A stretch of DNA of 64,000 bases, from contig CAITGV010000002.1 in NCBI GenBank assembly GCA_903892035.1, positions 1,714 to 65,713 of the forward strand, written 5' to 3'. A program made the translations under genes and the position numbers. Numbering within the stretch: the first letter of the stretch is position 1; the number at the start of each line of letters is the position of its first letter. This stretch comes from an uncultured bacterium. GTDB lineage: Bacteria; Patescibacteriota; Minisyncoccia; Phycocordibacterales; UBA9973. Positions 29,287-43,200 of the stretch are shown here, in pieces. The notes beneath the pieces were generated by a model. It was given only the letters and a program-made list of their open reading frames with translations, did not search any database and was not told where the DNA came from.

Positions 29287-31241
29287 TTTAAAATTTTACC
29301 ATTATCGAGCTTCACAGGAGCCACACAACCCATTATGTCGTTGGCTTTTTTGGTTGTTGATTGATACCAGCGACCTGTTGCTTTATTCAAGACCCATGGA
29401 GAAATGACATCATTTAAATATTTTGTTTGAAATCTTTTAACTGCAAGGAACATTTTGTTATCAAAATATTTAGACGTAGTATCAAGTTTTTCACCCTGTG
29501 TATCATTTAAGAATTTTTTAATTTTAATTATTTCCGCACCACTCTCACCTTTTCTTACATAAGTTGTGAAATAAGGACATGATTTACCCAAAGTTGAATG
29601 AGAAGAGTCTATTGGAGATATGCTCGGGATAATTTGTTCTATTGGTTGTGGTGTTGGTAGTGGTGGATGACCGCCTCCATGTGGACACGAAACTGTTGAA
29701 AATGTTTGATCTGGACTAGAACCAGTACCAGCAGTATTTATTGCATATGATTGGTAGTGGTAAGTTGTTCCACAAGATAAACCTGAAATACTTTTTGAAA
29801 ATGATCCAGTACTATATGTACCAGTTTCAGAAACATTTGTTCCGTAACTTGCAGTATTTCCATAATTGAAACCGCGCTCTGTCGCATCCGCGCCACGAGT
29901 GTCGGTTATATTTCCATTCAAAATAGCAGAATTTTGTGTAATCGTAGAAATCGTATTTACATCAACTAGTGGAATTTGTACTAATAATCCGCCGTCATTA
30001 ACTGTCCAATTGTATGTAGTAGTTAAAATATCGTGTGAACTAGAAGCAGATGAATAATATTGACTATTGCCAGCATCAAAAGTTACATTGTTTTGTAAGG
30101 TTTGATTTGCCCATGAATTTAATATTGAAGAATAGTTTTCTGGTGAAAGTGTATCATCTGTAAACATGTCCGTCATGTCTGTAACATTTGCGACATTCCA
30201 CGTGCTCAAATCTTGATCAAACACAATGTCACCATTAAACATATTATCCATATCAGTGTCCGAAATAAGATTCCATGAGGACAAAGGCTGATTAAATACA
30301 GAATTGTAAAACATATAGCCAGTATTATTTACTTGTGACATATTCCACATATTAAGCGGTTGATCGTAAGCAGATCCATCAAACATATCATAAGCAATAT
30401 TTAATGATGAAGTGTTCCATGAATTTAAAGGTTGATCAAATAACGTAGCGCCAGAAAATAAAAAAGACATATCGACAACTTTTGAGACATTCCAGTAATC
30501 ATGATTTTGGTCATATGCGAGACTCTGATTAAAATCAGTATTTTGATAAAACATTCCGCTCATTCCCACCAAACCATCTGTATTCCACATACTTATATCT
30601 TGATTAAATGGTGACATTGCAAAAGTAAATTGCATATACTGTACATTTGATGTATTCCATAAATTTAATGGTTGATCAAAGTTTGAAGAATTGAACATGT
30701 TTGATATATCTGTGATATTAGAAATATTCCATGTATTTATACTATGATTTGAATTATCAAACGATATAACAGCATAAAACATACTATCAAGAGTTTCAAC
30801 AGATGTTAGATCTGGTGCGTCCACAGCATTTACTACTAAATTTGCACAATTATCAAATGCGTGACTCATTGAAAGCCAATGAATATTTCCCCAATTTTCA
30901 ACTGAAAGAATCTTCAACATGTCTGTTGAATCAGCAGAACCATTGAAATATATTTGCGGAAAAGTTCCTGTAATTTTTACTGTATAAATACCGCTTGATG
31001 CATATGTGTGAGTTATATTTCCAGTGACTCCGATATCTGTATTCGAATCACCCCAATCAACATCATAGTTGTAAGTTTCAAGAGGCTTTGTTGGAATAGT
31101 AATTTGTTTATTATTTGATGAACCAGGACTAATATTTGCAGTATTCCATGTCGTAATAAATTCACCTGCCGCACTAGCTTTATGATGAATAACAAATACA
31201 ATTAACAATAAAAACATTCCTATACATATCTTTTTAAGCAT
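29283..31241 (-). CDS. BspA/DUF285-repeat surface protein with FN3-like and PG-binding-like C-terminus
   Basis: Signal peptide, PKD-like DWGD domain, ~25-aa FNQPLxxWNxSxVxxMxxMF repeats, shared C-terminal module. Confidence 0.88.
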   Translation of the reverse strand: MLKKICIGMFLLLIVFVIHHKASAAGEFITTWNTANISPGSSNNKQITIPTKPLETYNYDVDWGDSNTDIGVTGNITHTYASSGIYTVKITGTFPQIYFNGSADSTDMLKILSVENWGNIHWLSMSHAFDNCANLVVNAVDAPDLTSVETLDSMFYAVISFDNSNHSINTWNISNITDISNMFNSSNFDQPLNLWNTSNVQYMQFTFAMSPFNQDISMWNTDGLVGMSGMFYQNTDFNQSLAYDQNHDYWNVSKVVDMSFLFSGATLFDQPLNSWNTSSLNIAYDMFDGSAYDQPLNMWNMSQVNNTGYMFYNSVFNQPLSSWNLISDTDMDNMFNGDIVFDQDLSTWNVANVTDMTDMFTDDTLSPENYSSILNSWANQTLQNNVTFDAGNSQYYSSASSSHDILTTTYNWTVNDGGLLVQIPLVDVNTISTITQNSAILNGNITDTRGADATERGFNYGNTASYGTNVSETGTYSTGSFSKSISGLSCGTTYHYQSYAINTAGTGSSPDQTFSTVSCPHGGGHPPLPTPQPIEQIIPSISPIDSSHSTLGKSCPYFTTYVRKGESGAEIIKIKKFLNDTQGEKLDTTSKYFDNKMFLAVKRFQTKYLNDVISPWVLNKATGRWYQSTTKKANDIMGCVAPVKLDNGKILN

Positions 31242-31258
31242 TTTAGGATTATAACATA

Positions 31259-34200
31259 TTATTTTTTACTAGTTGTAACTGTTTTAGCCAAAATTTCATT
31301 GACCACTTTTCTGGAATAAGTCCAGAAAAGACCTGTACCTTTTTTCAAACCTTGCGGTGCAAGAATTTGTTTGAAGTGATATTCCTGAAAAGCAATTAAG
31401 GCTTTTTTTGTTGCTGGACCAAACAGATTTGTCTCTTGCCCAGGCGAACCAGGTCCAGTTTTTGCTACAAGAAAACCATTTGCATTCAAGAATATTTGAA
31501 GTCTTTTTACAGAAATATCAGTTGAATTTGGTGCAAGATTTTTTGGGAATTTATAACCAGTTAAACTACCGGCAATAATTGGTTTTACGCCGTATGGATC
31601 AACCGTAGTATTATTTTGCGTATTATTTACATTTACAATTACGCACTTATTAGAACTATCTAATACATAGCCAGATTGACATGTATTTGTCGTTGTTGGA
31701 GTTGGTGTTGGAGCTACATACCAACCACCTCCGCCCCCACCTCCTCCTCCACCACCATTTGAACATGACGATGTGGTAAATGTACTATCCTCTGTTGTCA
31801 TTTGTGTGTAGCTATTTACTGCATAGCTTGCAAAGTGATATGTAGTTCCACACGATAGATTTGATAAATTTGTTGAGAATGCACCAGTACCGTATGGTCC
31901 ACTATTTTGAGTTATGGTCTGACCATAGTCTCCAGTTGTGCCCCAATAAAATCCTCGTATTGATGCATTTTGACCACCAGTGTCTGTTATGTTTCCATTT
32001 AATGTCGCTGATGTTTTTGTAACATTTGAAACTGAACTTGTAACAGTCGGACCAGTTATATCCAACATCCAAGTAAGTTGAGGGAAATCATTTGGAACAA
32101 TTCCCCACACACCATCATTAGTAAATGACCATGATGATAATGGTGCTACGTAATTATTGTATTTGAAGTAATTTGGACTATTACCATCTGTATTTACCGC
32201 ACTACAACCATTGATACTTTGACCAAATACACAGTCATTTTGACCGCTATTTGTTTTGTCGAAATAATCATTTAAAATAGTATCATCACCACTTAAATAT
32301 CCTGCAAATCCTCCATAATCTGTTGTGAAGTTCGAAACTGTTCCTACAGAGAAAAGATTTGTAAGAGAATCATTACCACTAGAATATCCCACAAATCCAC
32401 CACCAGAACCTCCTGCATCTATACCATCAACATTTCCTGTTGAGTATGAATTTGTAATTTGATCAGTACCATCTAAATATCCAATAAATCCTCCAACATA
32501 ATTTGCTCCACTTACATTTCCACGAGCATATGAATTTTCAGCATCTAGGTTACCATTTTGTGAAGCACCAACCAATCCTCCAACATATGAATTGCCATTT
32601 CCACCATGAACATTTCCAATTGCAAAATCACTATATAAGTGCGAGTCATCATCAATTCCTATTAAACCACCAGCTCCACTTTGATCATCGTTGTCTGGTG
32701 CTGTGACATTTCCAGTCGAGCTACTTTCTGCAATATAAGGACTTCCATTTATTGCTCCAATAAGACCACCGATACTATGAATAGTATCGGAAGTAGAGGC
32801 ATTAACATCACCAGTAGTGTGGAGATTTATACCAACCATTAATCCGAAACCAACAAGTCCACCAATGTCAGGATAAAAACCTCCATTAGGTCCAGCTGTG
32901 ACAGTGACACTTGAGTTCACATTTACTATTTCTGTAAAAACAGCCAATGAAGTAAGTGCGCCTACATTATGTATTGAACTAATAGTACCAGTAAGATTCA
33001 AATCATGAATATATGATTCAAATACATATTGGAATAATCCATCTCCATCTGAATTTCCAGCACTGTCATCTATTGCAAAATCAATAGTGTGTCCACCTCC
33101 ATCAAATTCTCCATGAAATCCAGTTTCTTGATTATAACTTCCAACCATTATGTTGTTTCCATTTCCAGCACAATGTAAATCATTTTCAAGTACAAAATTT
33201 GATGAAAGGAAATCATTGATATCCATAAATTGCTGACAAGTAGAAATCTGATATGGATCACCAGAAAGACCAGTACCTCCATCAAATGGGCTCAAAACAT
33301 AACCGAAGTGCAAGTAGTCTGGCACACCAACACCGAGGTATTCAACACGAATTGTATGATTACCACCATCGAGATTTACATTTATACTTGTACTACTACC
33401 TTGATAGTACCAGTGATCCAAAATTAAATTATCATCTACATAAACCCTTGCTTCATCATCTGCCCCCACAGTAAATATATAATTTCCCGCTGAAAGATCT
33501 ACAGTTTCAGTATAACGAGCAGTAAATACTGAATTTCCAACACCCACAGGATCTCCGTCATAACCCCAATCATAGTTTACTGAATCAGTATTTGTGGTTA
33601 GGTCAGCTGGTCGATCTGGGATAATTATTTCAGAATCAGATACTATTCCTGACCAGTATTCTGCAGTGTAAGCACCGATTGGGTCATCTGAGACAAGAGC
33701 GTGAAGTGTAGGCAAGTGACTTGTATTCACATCCCAAATCGGCTCACCAGAAAAGTCCCAACTTGTAAGTGGTGCATTTGAGTCATTTGCCACAAAATAA
33801 TTTGCATCACTTCCATCTGTATTTACTGCAGTACAATTTTCCATTACATCAGAGTACCCTGCGCAATCAAGTCCACCACTTGCTGTTTTGTCATAATAAT
33901 TATTAGAAGAAATAACTGGCTCGCCTTTCATATCGCCAACAAGTGCAGCATAACCAAGACTAAAACCAGAAACATTTCCTTTCACAAATGAATCCGTAAT
34001 CAATGCAGAGCTAAATGTTTCTCCGATAAGTCCACCACCTTTGTATCCTGAGTCAGTACTCACAACATTACCAGCAAAATACACACTTGAGAGAATTCCG
34101 TATTCATCCATCGAACCAATAAGTCCTCCTACATAATTTATTCCAGTAACAGTTGAAGTCGAATATGAATTACTCAATATTAGTGGTATTCCACCAGAGT

Positions 34201-37200
34201 ATGCATATTCACCAATAAATCCTCCAGCGTATGAATCTGTATAATATCCTGTAACATGGCCAGTGGAATAATTTTGATCCATCAAGCTAGATAGTATATA
34301 TTGATCATTACTGTTATCTGTTGAATCATATACACCAATTAATCCGCCAACATCAGCATTTCCTTGTACATCACCAGAGAAATAATTCAAATTAAAATTA
34401 TTGGTGAATCCTGTATTACTTTCATTGTAAAGATAATAATTTCCAACAAGTCCACCAATTGCACCACCCTCCGCTGAAACATTAGAGGTCGAATAATTAT
34501 TTTCCATTGTGAAATTTACTGAACGATTTGAAACCCAATTCTCAAGATCTAAATTTCCAATTAATCCACCAGTATTACTATAACCTTCTACTGTGCCAGT
34601 TGAATAATTATTTGAAATATTTACTGAAATATCAATATTTCCATTTTCTTGGTCTAGATAAAAGTATCCAAATAAGCCTCCCGTGTAATCATCTCCATCA
34701 ATATTTGTAACATTTCCAGAATAATGATTACCAGTAAATGTTAGAGTACCTTCGTAGTTATTGTAATTTCCAATGAGTCCACCAGTGTCACTATTTTGAC
34801 CATTCGAAATATCATTTTCAGCAAACGAATTTGTAATACTTACAACTGAACTATTATTTTGAATTAATTGACCAATAAGTCCTCCCACATCATATCCATC
34901 ACTTATTAGTCCGACTGTATGAGAACTATTTGAAATAGTAAGTCCAGCTGTGTCGTTACTTTGATATCTTCCTGAAATAGTAGCCGAGCCAATAAGTCCA
35001 CCAATCTGATTGGAACTACTATTTATCATACTCGTAGATGTTGAATTTGAAAGTGTAATTCTGGCACCAGATTGATCAACGTTATCCATATAACCAAACA
35101 GTCCACCCACGCAATATATTCCACTAATAATTCCGTTTGAATTTATATTACTGAATACAGATGAATAGTTATTTGTTGCTTGCACATATCCACCAATACC
35201 ACCTGTATAATATTGATTTGAAGTAACATTTGCATTACTTACAATATTTGTAAGCGTTAAATTATTTCCACTACCAAATAATGCACCAGTGCCACTACTT
35301 GCATTAGTTGAATTAATATTTCCATTTACAACAAGATTTAAAATAGAAGCACCATTGGTATTTTGCAACAAGCCCACTGCATAACTTAATGAGTCATCAA
35401 TATTTACGTCAATACTATTTCCACCACCATCAAGTACTCCACTGAAAGGAATTTTTGTACCAATCATTATATGATTGCCCTCATCAGCGCACTCCAAACT
35501 ATTCATCAATAAATAATGTTTATCAAGTAAACCAACATTATCCATTTCTTCAAATTGAGCGCAAGTGGAAATTTGATATTTATTATTTGCTGTTCCCTCT
35601 CCACTACCAGAATAAGTTGAAGAGAATAGATTTGACCTTAGTGTTGGTAAATTATCTGCATTTGCTTGCCATGTTGATGTAAAGTTCCAAGAAGCAAGTG
35701 GTGCATTGGCATTTGTATCTTTGAAATAATTTGGGTCAAATCCATCTGTATTTACAGGTGAACATCCAGACACATCTTCATTGTGTGCACACCCAACAAC
35801 CCCTGTATTTGTATAGTCATAAAAATTATTTGTAAGCGTACCGCCATTTACTCCAGTGATTCCTCCGGTGTTGTTTAAGAAACTCGAAACAAATCCAGTA
35901 GCAAAAGAATTTGAAATACTTCCAGCATTATAGCCAGAAAGACCAGCACCATCATCTCCATTATTATATCCAGTAACACTACCAGTGGCATAAGAGTTTG
36001 ATATTGTTCCATAATTCAAGCCAGAAAGACCTCCGGCATATTGAGACCCTACAACAGAACCAGTTGCAAAAGTATTTGTAATAATACCTTCATTTTGACC
36101 AACAATACCACCAACCGCATCAGTAGCTGAAACTGCTACAGATGAATAAGAATTAAGAATATGTCCACTACTCATCGAATGTCCAGCAATACCTCCTATC
36201 CATTGTGCCCCAGAAACAGTACCTGATGTATAAACATTTTCAATATGTCCGTAGTTGACTGCTGTGACTGCACCCACATTGTCTTGATTGGTCGCAAAAT
36301 TAACATTTTCTAAATTTAAGTCATAGACCTTTCCGTCACTATTTAGATTGCTGAACAACCCCGCACTTGCACCGGAAAGATTTTCATACAAATGATTAAT
36401 TGTATAACCTTGACCATTAAAGCTTCCACTAAAATCTACAATTGGAGAAAAGCCCTGACCAAAATTATTTGACCAATTTATTGTATCAGTACAGTCAATA
36501 TTATTTGTCAGAATGAAGTTGTCGTTTTGATAATTTCCAACATCAGAGAGCTGAGTACACTTCGATATTTTATATGGGTCACTCACTGTTCCTGTTCCGC
36601 CATCAAAATCCTGTGGTGCTGATTGTGCATTTGTAAGTTTCGGATATGTACCGAGTTGTGTATGCCATATATAGAAATCCCAACTTGATATTGGATCGTT
36701 AAAAGTATTATTGAAGAAGTAATGCGCATCTGGTGAACCAATTGTATTTACTGGTTCACATCCAGGGAAATCACCTTCATTACTAGTACAATTATCTGAA
36801 TTGGAATTTAATTGGTCGTAGTAGTCGTTTCCAAAATCTACGGAATTATATCCATAGTAACCAGCAAAACCAGCATAAGTATCCAAGAAATTTGAAACAG
36901 CTCCAGCTGAAAATGAATTGTAAATATTTACATTTGAATCTGTCCAACCAACGAATCCACCAGCAACATTTCCACTACCATCTCCTGTAACATTTCCAGA
37001 AGAATATGAATTAAATATATCAATAATATTGTTTGCTTGCCCTACAAGACCTCCTGCCATCGTGTGACCAAGAACATTTCCAGTTGAGTAAGCATTATTT
37101 ATTAGTATAAAACCATTTGCTTGACCAACGAGACCTCCTGTATATACTTCAGAACTAACATCTCCCGTAGAGAAACTTTGATTGATAGTTGAAAAAGATT

Positions 37201-40200
37201 CCATGTAACCAACAAGTCCTCCGACACCATAGTCAACCAAACCATTTGGAGTGTTCTTTGTCACAGCTCCAGTACTAGAACTTGTATCAATAAGTGACCC
37301 ACCTGTGACAATACCAGCAAGACCACCAATCCCTCCAGCACTATAATTATCTGTAACGGCGCCTGATGAAACACTATTAACTATATAACTACTGTTTTCA
37401 ATATAGCCCACAATACCACCAACTGCACTTTCTTCATTATCATCAGTTGTAGAAGTAACTGTTGCAGATGAAGTGACATCGTAAATATTTGTACTATCTG
37501 CGTAACCAACAAGTGAGCCAATGCCTGGATAGTATCCATTGTTTGAAGTTGATACAACACTACCAGTTATATTTACATTTCCAATTGTCGCACCTTGTGC
37601 ATCTGTAAACAAACCTACATCAAAATTTTCAGCATTAATATTTATATTTATTGTGTGACCTCCACCGTCAAAACTTCCTGTGAAATAATTATTATTATCA
37701 CCTATCATCACACCATTACCAAGTGATGCACAGTCAAGATTTGCATCAAGAACATAACTACCAGAGAGATTATTATTTATATCTACAAGTTGCTGACAAG
37801 TTGAGATATGTGTGGGATCAATACTGCCAAACACTATTGCAGAAAGTGTTGGGTAAGTGCCAGGATTTAAATGCCAAATATTTTCAAAGTCCCAATTATT
37901 TAATGGAGCATTTGTAGAATTAGTTTTGAAGTAAGAAGTATTAACAGATATTGGATCATTTACAGGCGAACAACCAGATTGATCACCATTGTTTGTACAG
38001 CCCGACTGACCTGAACCAAAGAAATCATAATAACTATTTTCATAATAAGTATCGCCATCATCATAACCAACCATACCTCCAGTATCTTGATTATAATTTG
38101 TTATATAACCAGTAGCAAAACTATCAACCATTGCTCCGTCAAAAAAACCAACAAGACCACCGGCATCTTGACCACCCAAATTTCCAGTTACATCTCCACT
38201 TGCATATGAACTATTAATATTTGTGTAATAATTGTAGCCGACAAGACCTCCTGCTGTATCAGAACTTACTACGTTTCCTTGTGCGTATGAATTGGTAATG
38301 CTTGAAAACTCTGCATCTCCTATAAGTCCTCCTGCATCATAAACAATATTTACATTTCCTTTTGCGTAATCTTCATAAAAATTAGAATCACCTGCATACC
38401 CCACAAGACCACCACCACCTGTATCAATATTTGTACCCTGCATTGAAACATTTCCTGTTGTAAAACTACCACCTATTTCTGAATTATTTTCTACATACCC
38501 AGCAAGTCCGCCTATTGATTCCACATTATCTCCACCAGTAATATTGGCCGAAGATGAACTATCATAAACACTAGAACTGTTTGCATAACCAACAAGCCCT
38601 GCTACTGTTTGCCAAAAGAAAGAAGAACCAGTGACACTTCCTGCAATATGAGCATCTCCTATTATTGCTCCGTTTGTGTTTTGAAATAAAGCAACGTTAA
38701 ATGATGTGTAATCATTTATGTCTACCGCTATAGTGTGTCCGCCCCCATCAAACAATCCAGTAAATGGATCAACAGTACCAACCATAATATTATTATGTTC
38801 AGCTGTACAATCAAGATTTGTTATTAGTTTGAAATATTTATCTAACAAATCATATTTATTTATTTCTTCAAATTGAGAACATGAAGTAATAAGATAAGGT
38901 GACAAATCTGTGCCATCTCCAGCACCTGAAAATCCCGTTGAATATGTTTGTAGTATTGGAAGTGTTGAATTATTTGTTTTCCAAAGCGTAGAAAAATTCC
39001 ATTTATCAAGTGGTGCAGTACTTGATGTATTTACAAAATGATTTTGATCAGCGCCATCAGTATTTACCGGAGTAGCACACTCGCCTCCGCCCATACCACC
39101 CAAAGCACCATCACCTTCACAATTTACCTGACCACCAACGGTTTTGTCGTAGTAATTGTTTACAATTGTACCTACAGAATTTCGGCCGAATAAATTTCCG
39201 ATATATGTATCGCTTGCAAGTGGAGTTTGAGTGTATCCTGAACCATTATTGAAATAAATACCACTAGTAGTAAATGAATCCATCACTGGTCCATAATTGT
39301 AACCAGAAAAACCTCCAATGTATGTGTTGTTAAATGGATATGTAATTCCTTCAGCCATGACACTTCCAGAGGAATAACTTTTATCAACTATTGAATTATT
39401 GTAACCAGAAAAACCTCCAACGGTGCTATAGCCATGTACTGTACCTGTTGCAAAAGAATTTTCAATTATAAAATAATTTAAACCAACAAAACCACCAACG
39501 TTATAAGTTCCTATCACATCACCCGTAGCATAAGAGTTTTCAATTACTCCTTGTGCTTCATTTCTACCAACAAGTCCGCCTGCACCTTCTGTACCCGTAA
39601 CATTTACAGATGAATGAGAATTAATAATTGTATCCGAGTAATCATGACTCCCCACAAGTCCACCAGTGTCACAAGAATTACTTGTTACTGTACCAGTTGT
39701 GTAGGTATTTGAAATACTTCCATAGTTACTTCCAACAAGCCCACCAACATCACAACCTCCACTTGTATTAATTATATTTACATTTTCTAAACCAACATTT
39801 TTTATCAAAGAACCATTTTCAGTAATTCCAAAAAGTCCAGCAAATTGATGGTCTGTATCGTGTTCATATAGATTTGAAATAACATAACCATTTCCATTGA
39901 GAGTACCAAAAAATTTATTTCCAGCATCTGGTCCGATTGGTAAAAATCCAGCACCATCATTCCAACTTACTGTATCACTACAATCAATGTTGTTGTTTAA
40001 AACATAAACATAATTTGCATTTAAACCAAGGTTGATGTTTTGCAATTGGTAACAAGTAGAAATCTGAAACGGATTTCCCAATGTACCAACACCTCCTGCA
40101 AAAGTATCAATGGAATCCGAAGCCAAACGATCCAGCACTGGCAGATGATTAAAGGCTGTGGTCCATATTGTTGTACTGTCCCAAGCATCAAGCGGAGCAT

Positions 40201-43200
40201 TATCAAAATTATTTAAGAAATAACTAGGATCAGGACTTCCGATAGTATTCACAGGTGAACAACCAGAAATGTCACCATTGTTTGTACAATTCATAACACC
40301 TGACGCAACTTGATTGTAATAACTATTTGTAAATGTATTACCACCCATATCTTCACCATCAATAGCGCCATACCAACTTGCAAAATTTTTCAAATTTCCC
40401 GTAAAGAAAGAGTTACTAAAAGTTGTATCTAAACTTGCAGTTACTAATCCCCCACCATTTGAAGCAGAATCTACGCCATCAATAATTCCTGAAGCATATG
40501 AATGAGAAATAGTTACATGGTCAGTATAAAATGCTACACCTCCTAACGATGTTTGCCCTGTAACATTACTTGTAGAATATGAATTATCAATATCACCGTA
40601 ACCAAAATAGCCCGCGAGTCCACCCATATACCCAGGACCCGAAAGACTACCTGTTGAGTAACTTTCAATCATATCTGATGCGTTTGAACATCCAAGTATT
40701 CCACCTATAGAATAATCAATATCAAGCAAAGGATTAATATTCAAATTTCCTGTTACATAACTTTTATCAATTGTTGACGTAACCAAATCACCCACAAGAC
40801 CACCAACAGTTGAAGCATTATCTAACTCTGGAGAAATAATATTTCCAGAATAGGATGTATTTGAAAAATATGTACTATCAGAATATCCAACAAGTCCACC
40901 GATATTTGGCCATGAACCATTGTTTGCAACATTTATAATATTTACACTTGAGTGAATATTTCCAATTAAAGAATTTTCAATATCTGCTGAAAATGACCCG
41001 ACATTGTTCATAGCCGTAATCGTGCCTGCGATATTTAGATTTTGAACCGAAGCACCATCAATGTATTGGAATAGACCAACACTAATTTCGTCTCCAAAAG
41101 TATCATCAATAGCAATCGTGATTGTATGGTCTTGTCCATCAAAATTTCCATAAAATGGCAACGATGTCCATCTCGAACCTACCATTATATTGTTTCCAAA
41201 TGAGGAACAATCAATATTATTATTCAATACATAATACGCGCCAAGATTCAAATTTATATTTTCAAATTGCTGACATGTTGTGATTTGATATGGATTACCA
41301 GAAGAACCGTCTCCACCAGCAAAGTTTGAAACAACTCCGTTGTTGAAATAATATGTACCAACACTTGAATTTCTATTTTGTGTAATGTCTTCATTTACAC
41401 GAGAATCTAGAAGAGTCCAAGTTGAATCATCATTACTTGCGTATAGATTCCAACTTATTGGATCTCTTGCTGTATTATCACCGGCTGTCCTCCATCTATA
41501 GCCATCAAAATTCACACCCTCACCCATATCAATATGAAGTATAGAGTGACCTGTCTGATTGTCACCACCACCAACTCCAAAATTATTATCTTGCCACTTT
41601 GTGTAATTATTTCCATCTATAGCCATAAATGGAATATTTTCTTTTGGATTATTTCCACTAGGATTAGTCGCTACAAAAGGTATTTCTGGAGAAATTATTT
41701 GTCCCCCAACCTCAGGAAAAAATTCTCCGACTTGAATACAATTGTTTGAACAATTTGCATCTGGACCAGCATCGCGTCTTTTTGTAATATCCCATTTCAA
41801 ATATCGGTACGAAGGAACAACAACATCATCTGCCGAAATATTTACAAGTCTTGGCAAAAAGCCAACAGTTTGATTCCAAATATCACCATCCCAAGCATCC
41901 ATTGGTTTTGCTGAAAGATTCGTAATAAAATATTTTGAATTTGGAAAACTTTCAGTGTCTACAGGTTTGCAACCATTTATACCTTGCTGATAAGTACAAG
42001 TATTTATTTGTGAATTAATCTGGTCGAAATACACATTTGTATATGTCGCGCCAGTATCGTAACCAACAAAACCTCCAAAATTATCAATAAAACTTATTAC
42101 ATTTCCTTTTGAAAAATCATCATTAAATTGATCACTGCTACTTGTGTAACCAATAAAACCTCCAGCATATGAACCACCATCAAGTCCATCTACATTCCCC
42201 GATGCATATGAGTGTTCTATTATATCTCCACCATCTGTGTATCCAATAAATCCTCCGGCAGTACCACTTGCGTGAACTGTACCAGTTGCGTATGAGTCGC
42301 TGATATATACACCTCCGTTTTGTGACGCACCAGAAAAACCTCCGACATAATTACTTCCGAGTCCACCATCAACATTTCCAGAAGCAAAACTCTCTGTTAT
42401 CGTTGAATTATCAGAAACACCAAAAAGTCCACCATATCCTGACGCGTTGGAATAATCTCCCGCTGTAACATTACCAGTCTCGTATGATTGACTTACAGTT
42501 GATAGAAATGAATAACCTATAAGACCACCAACGGTATGAAGTGTATCACTTGCTGACGCATTTATGGTTCCAGTTGATGAACTATTTTCTAAAGTTGAAT
42601 TATCAATTTCACCAATAAGCCCACCAATTTCTGGATAATAATTATCATTAAATAATGTAGTAATGTTTACACTAGAATTTACATTATAAAAATCAGAACT
42701 ATTATCAGCATAAGATACCAAACTACCTATTGTATGAGGAGAAATAATGCTTCCAGAAATATTTAAATCATGAATTGTTCCACCACTTACATATTGAAAA
42801 AGTCCAGCGCCGTCATAATCTCCATTTTCATCATCAATACTTATATATATAGTATGACCTCCACCATCAAAACTTCCAGTGAAAGGAATGCTATTTCGTA
42901 AATTTCCAATCATTACACTATTTCCGTCGCCTTCACAATGTAAATCAGTATCTAAAATATAAACATCAGAAAGATTATTATTTATATTTTCAAATTCTCC
43001 ACAAGTAGTAACACGTGTTGCAATCTGTAGAAAAGGATATCCATTATTTGTATTTCCATTAATACTCCAAGGTAGTGCAAAAGCCCAACCCGCATTTACA
43101 AACGTGCTTTTTGTTTTTAGAGTATTTGTGTTAGCACTTGTAAGGCCCGTGCAGTTTCCACCTCCACAACCATCTGACTGGCCAGCTGTTTGATTGTCCC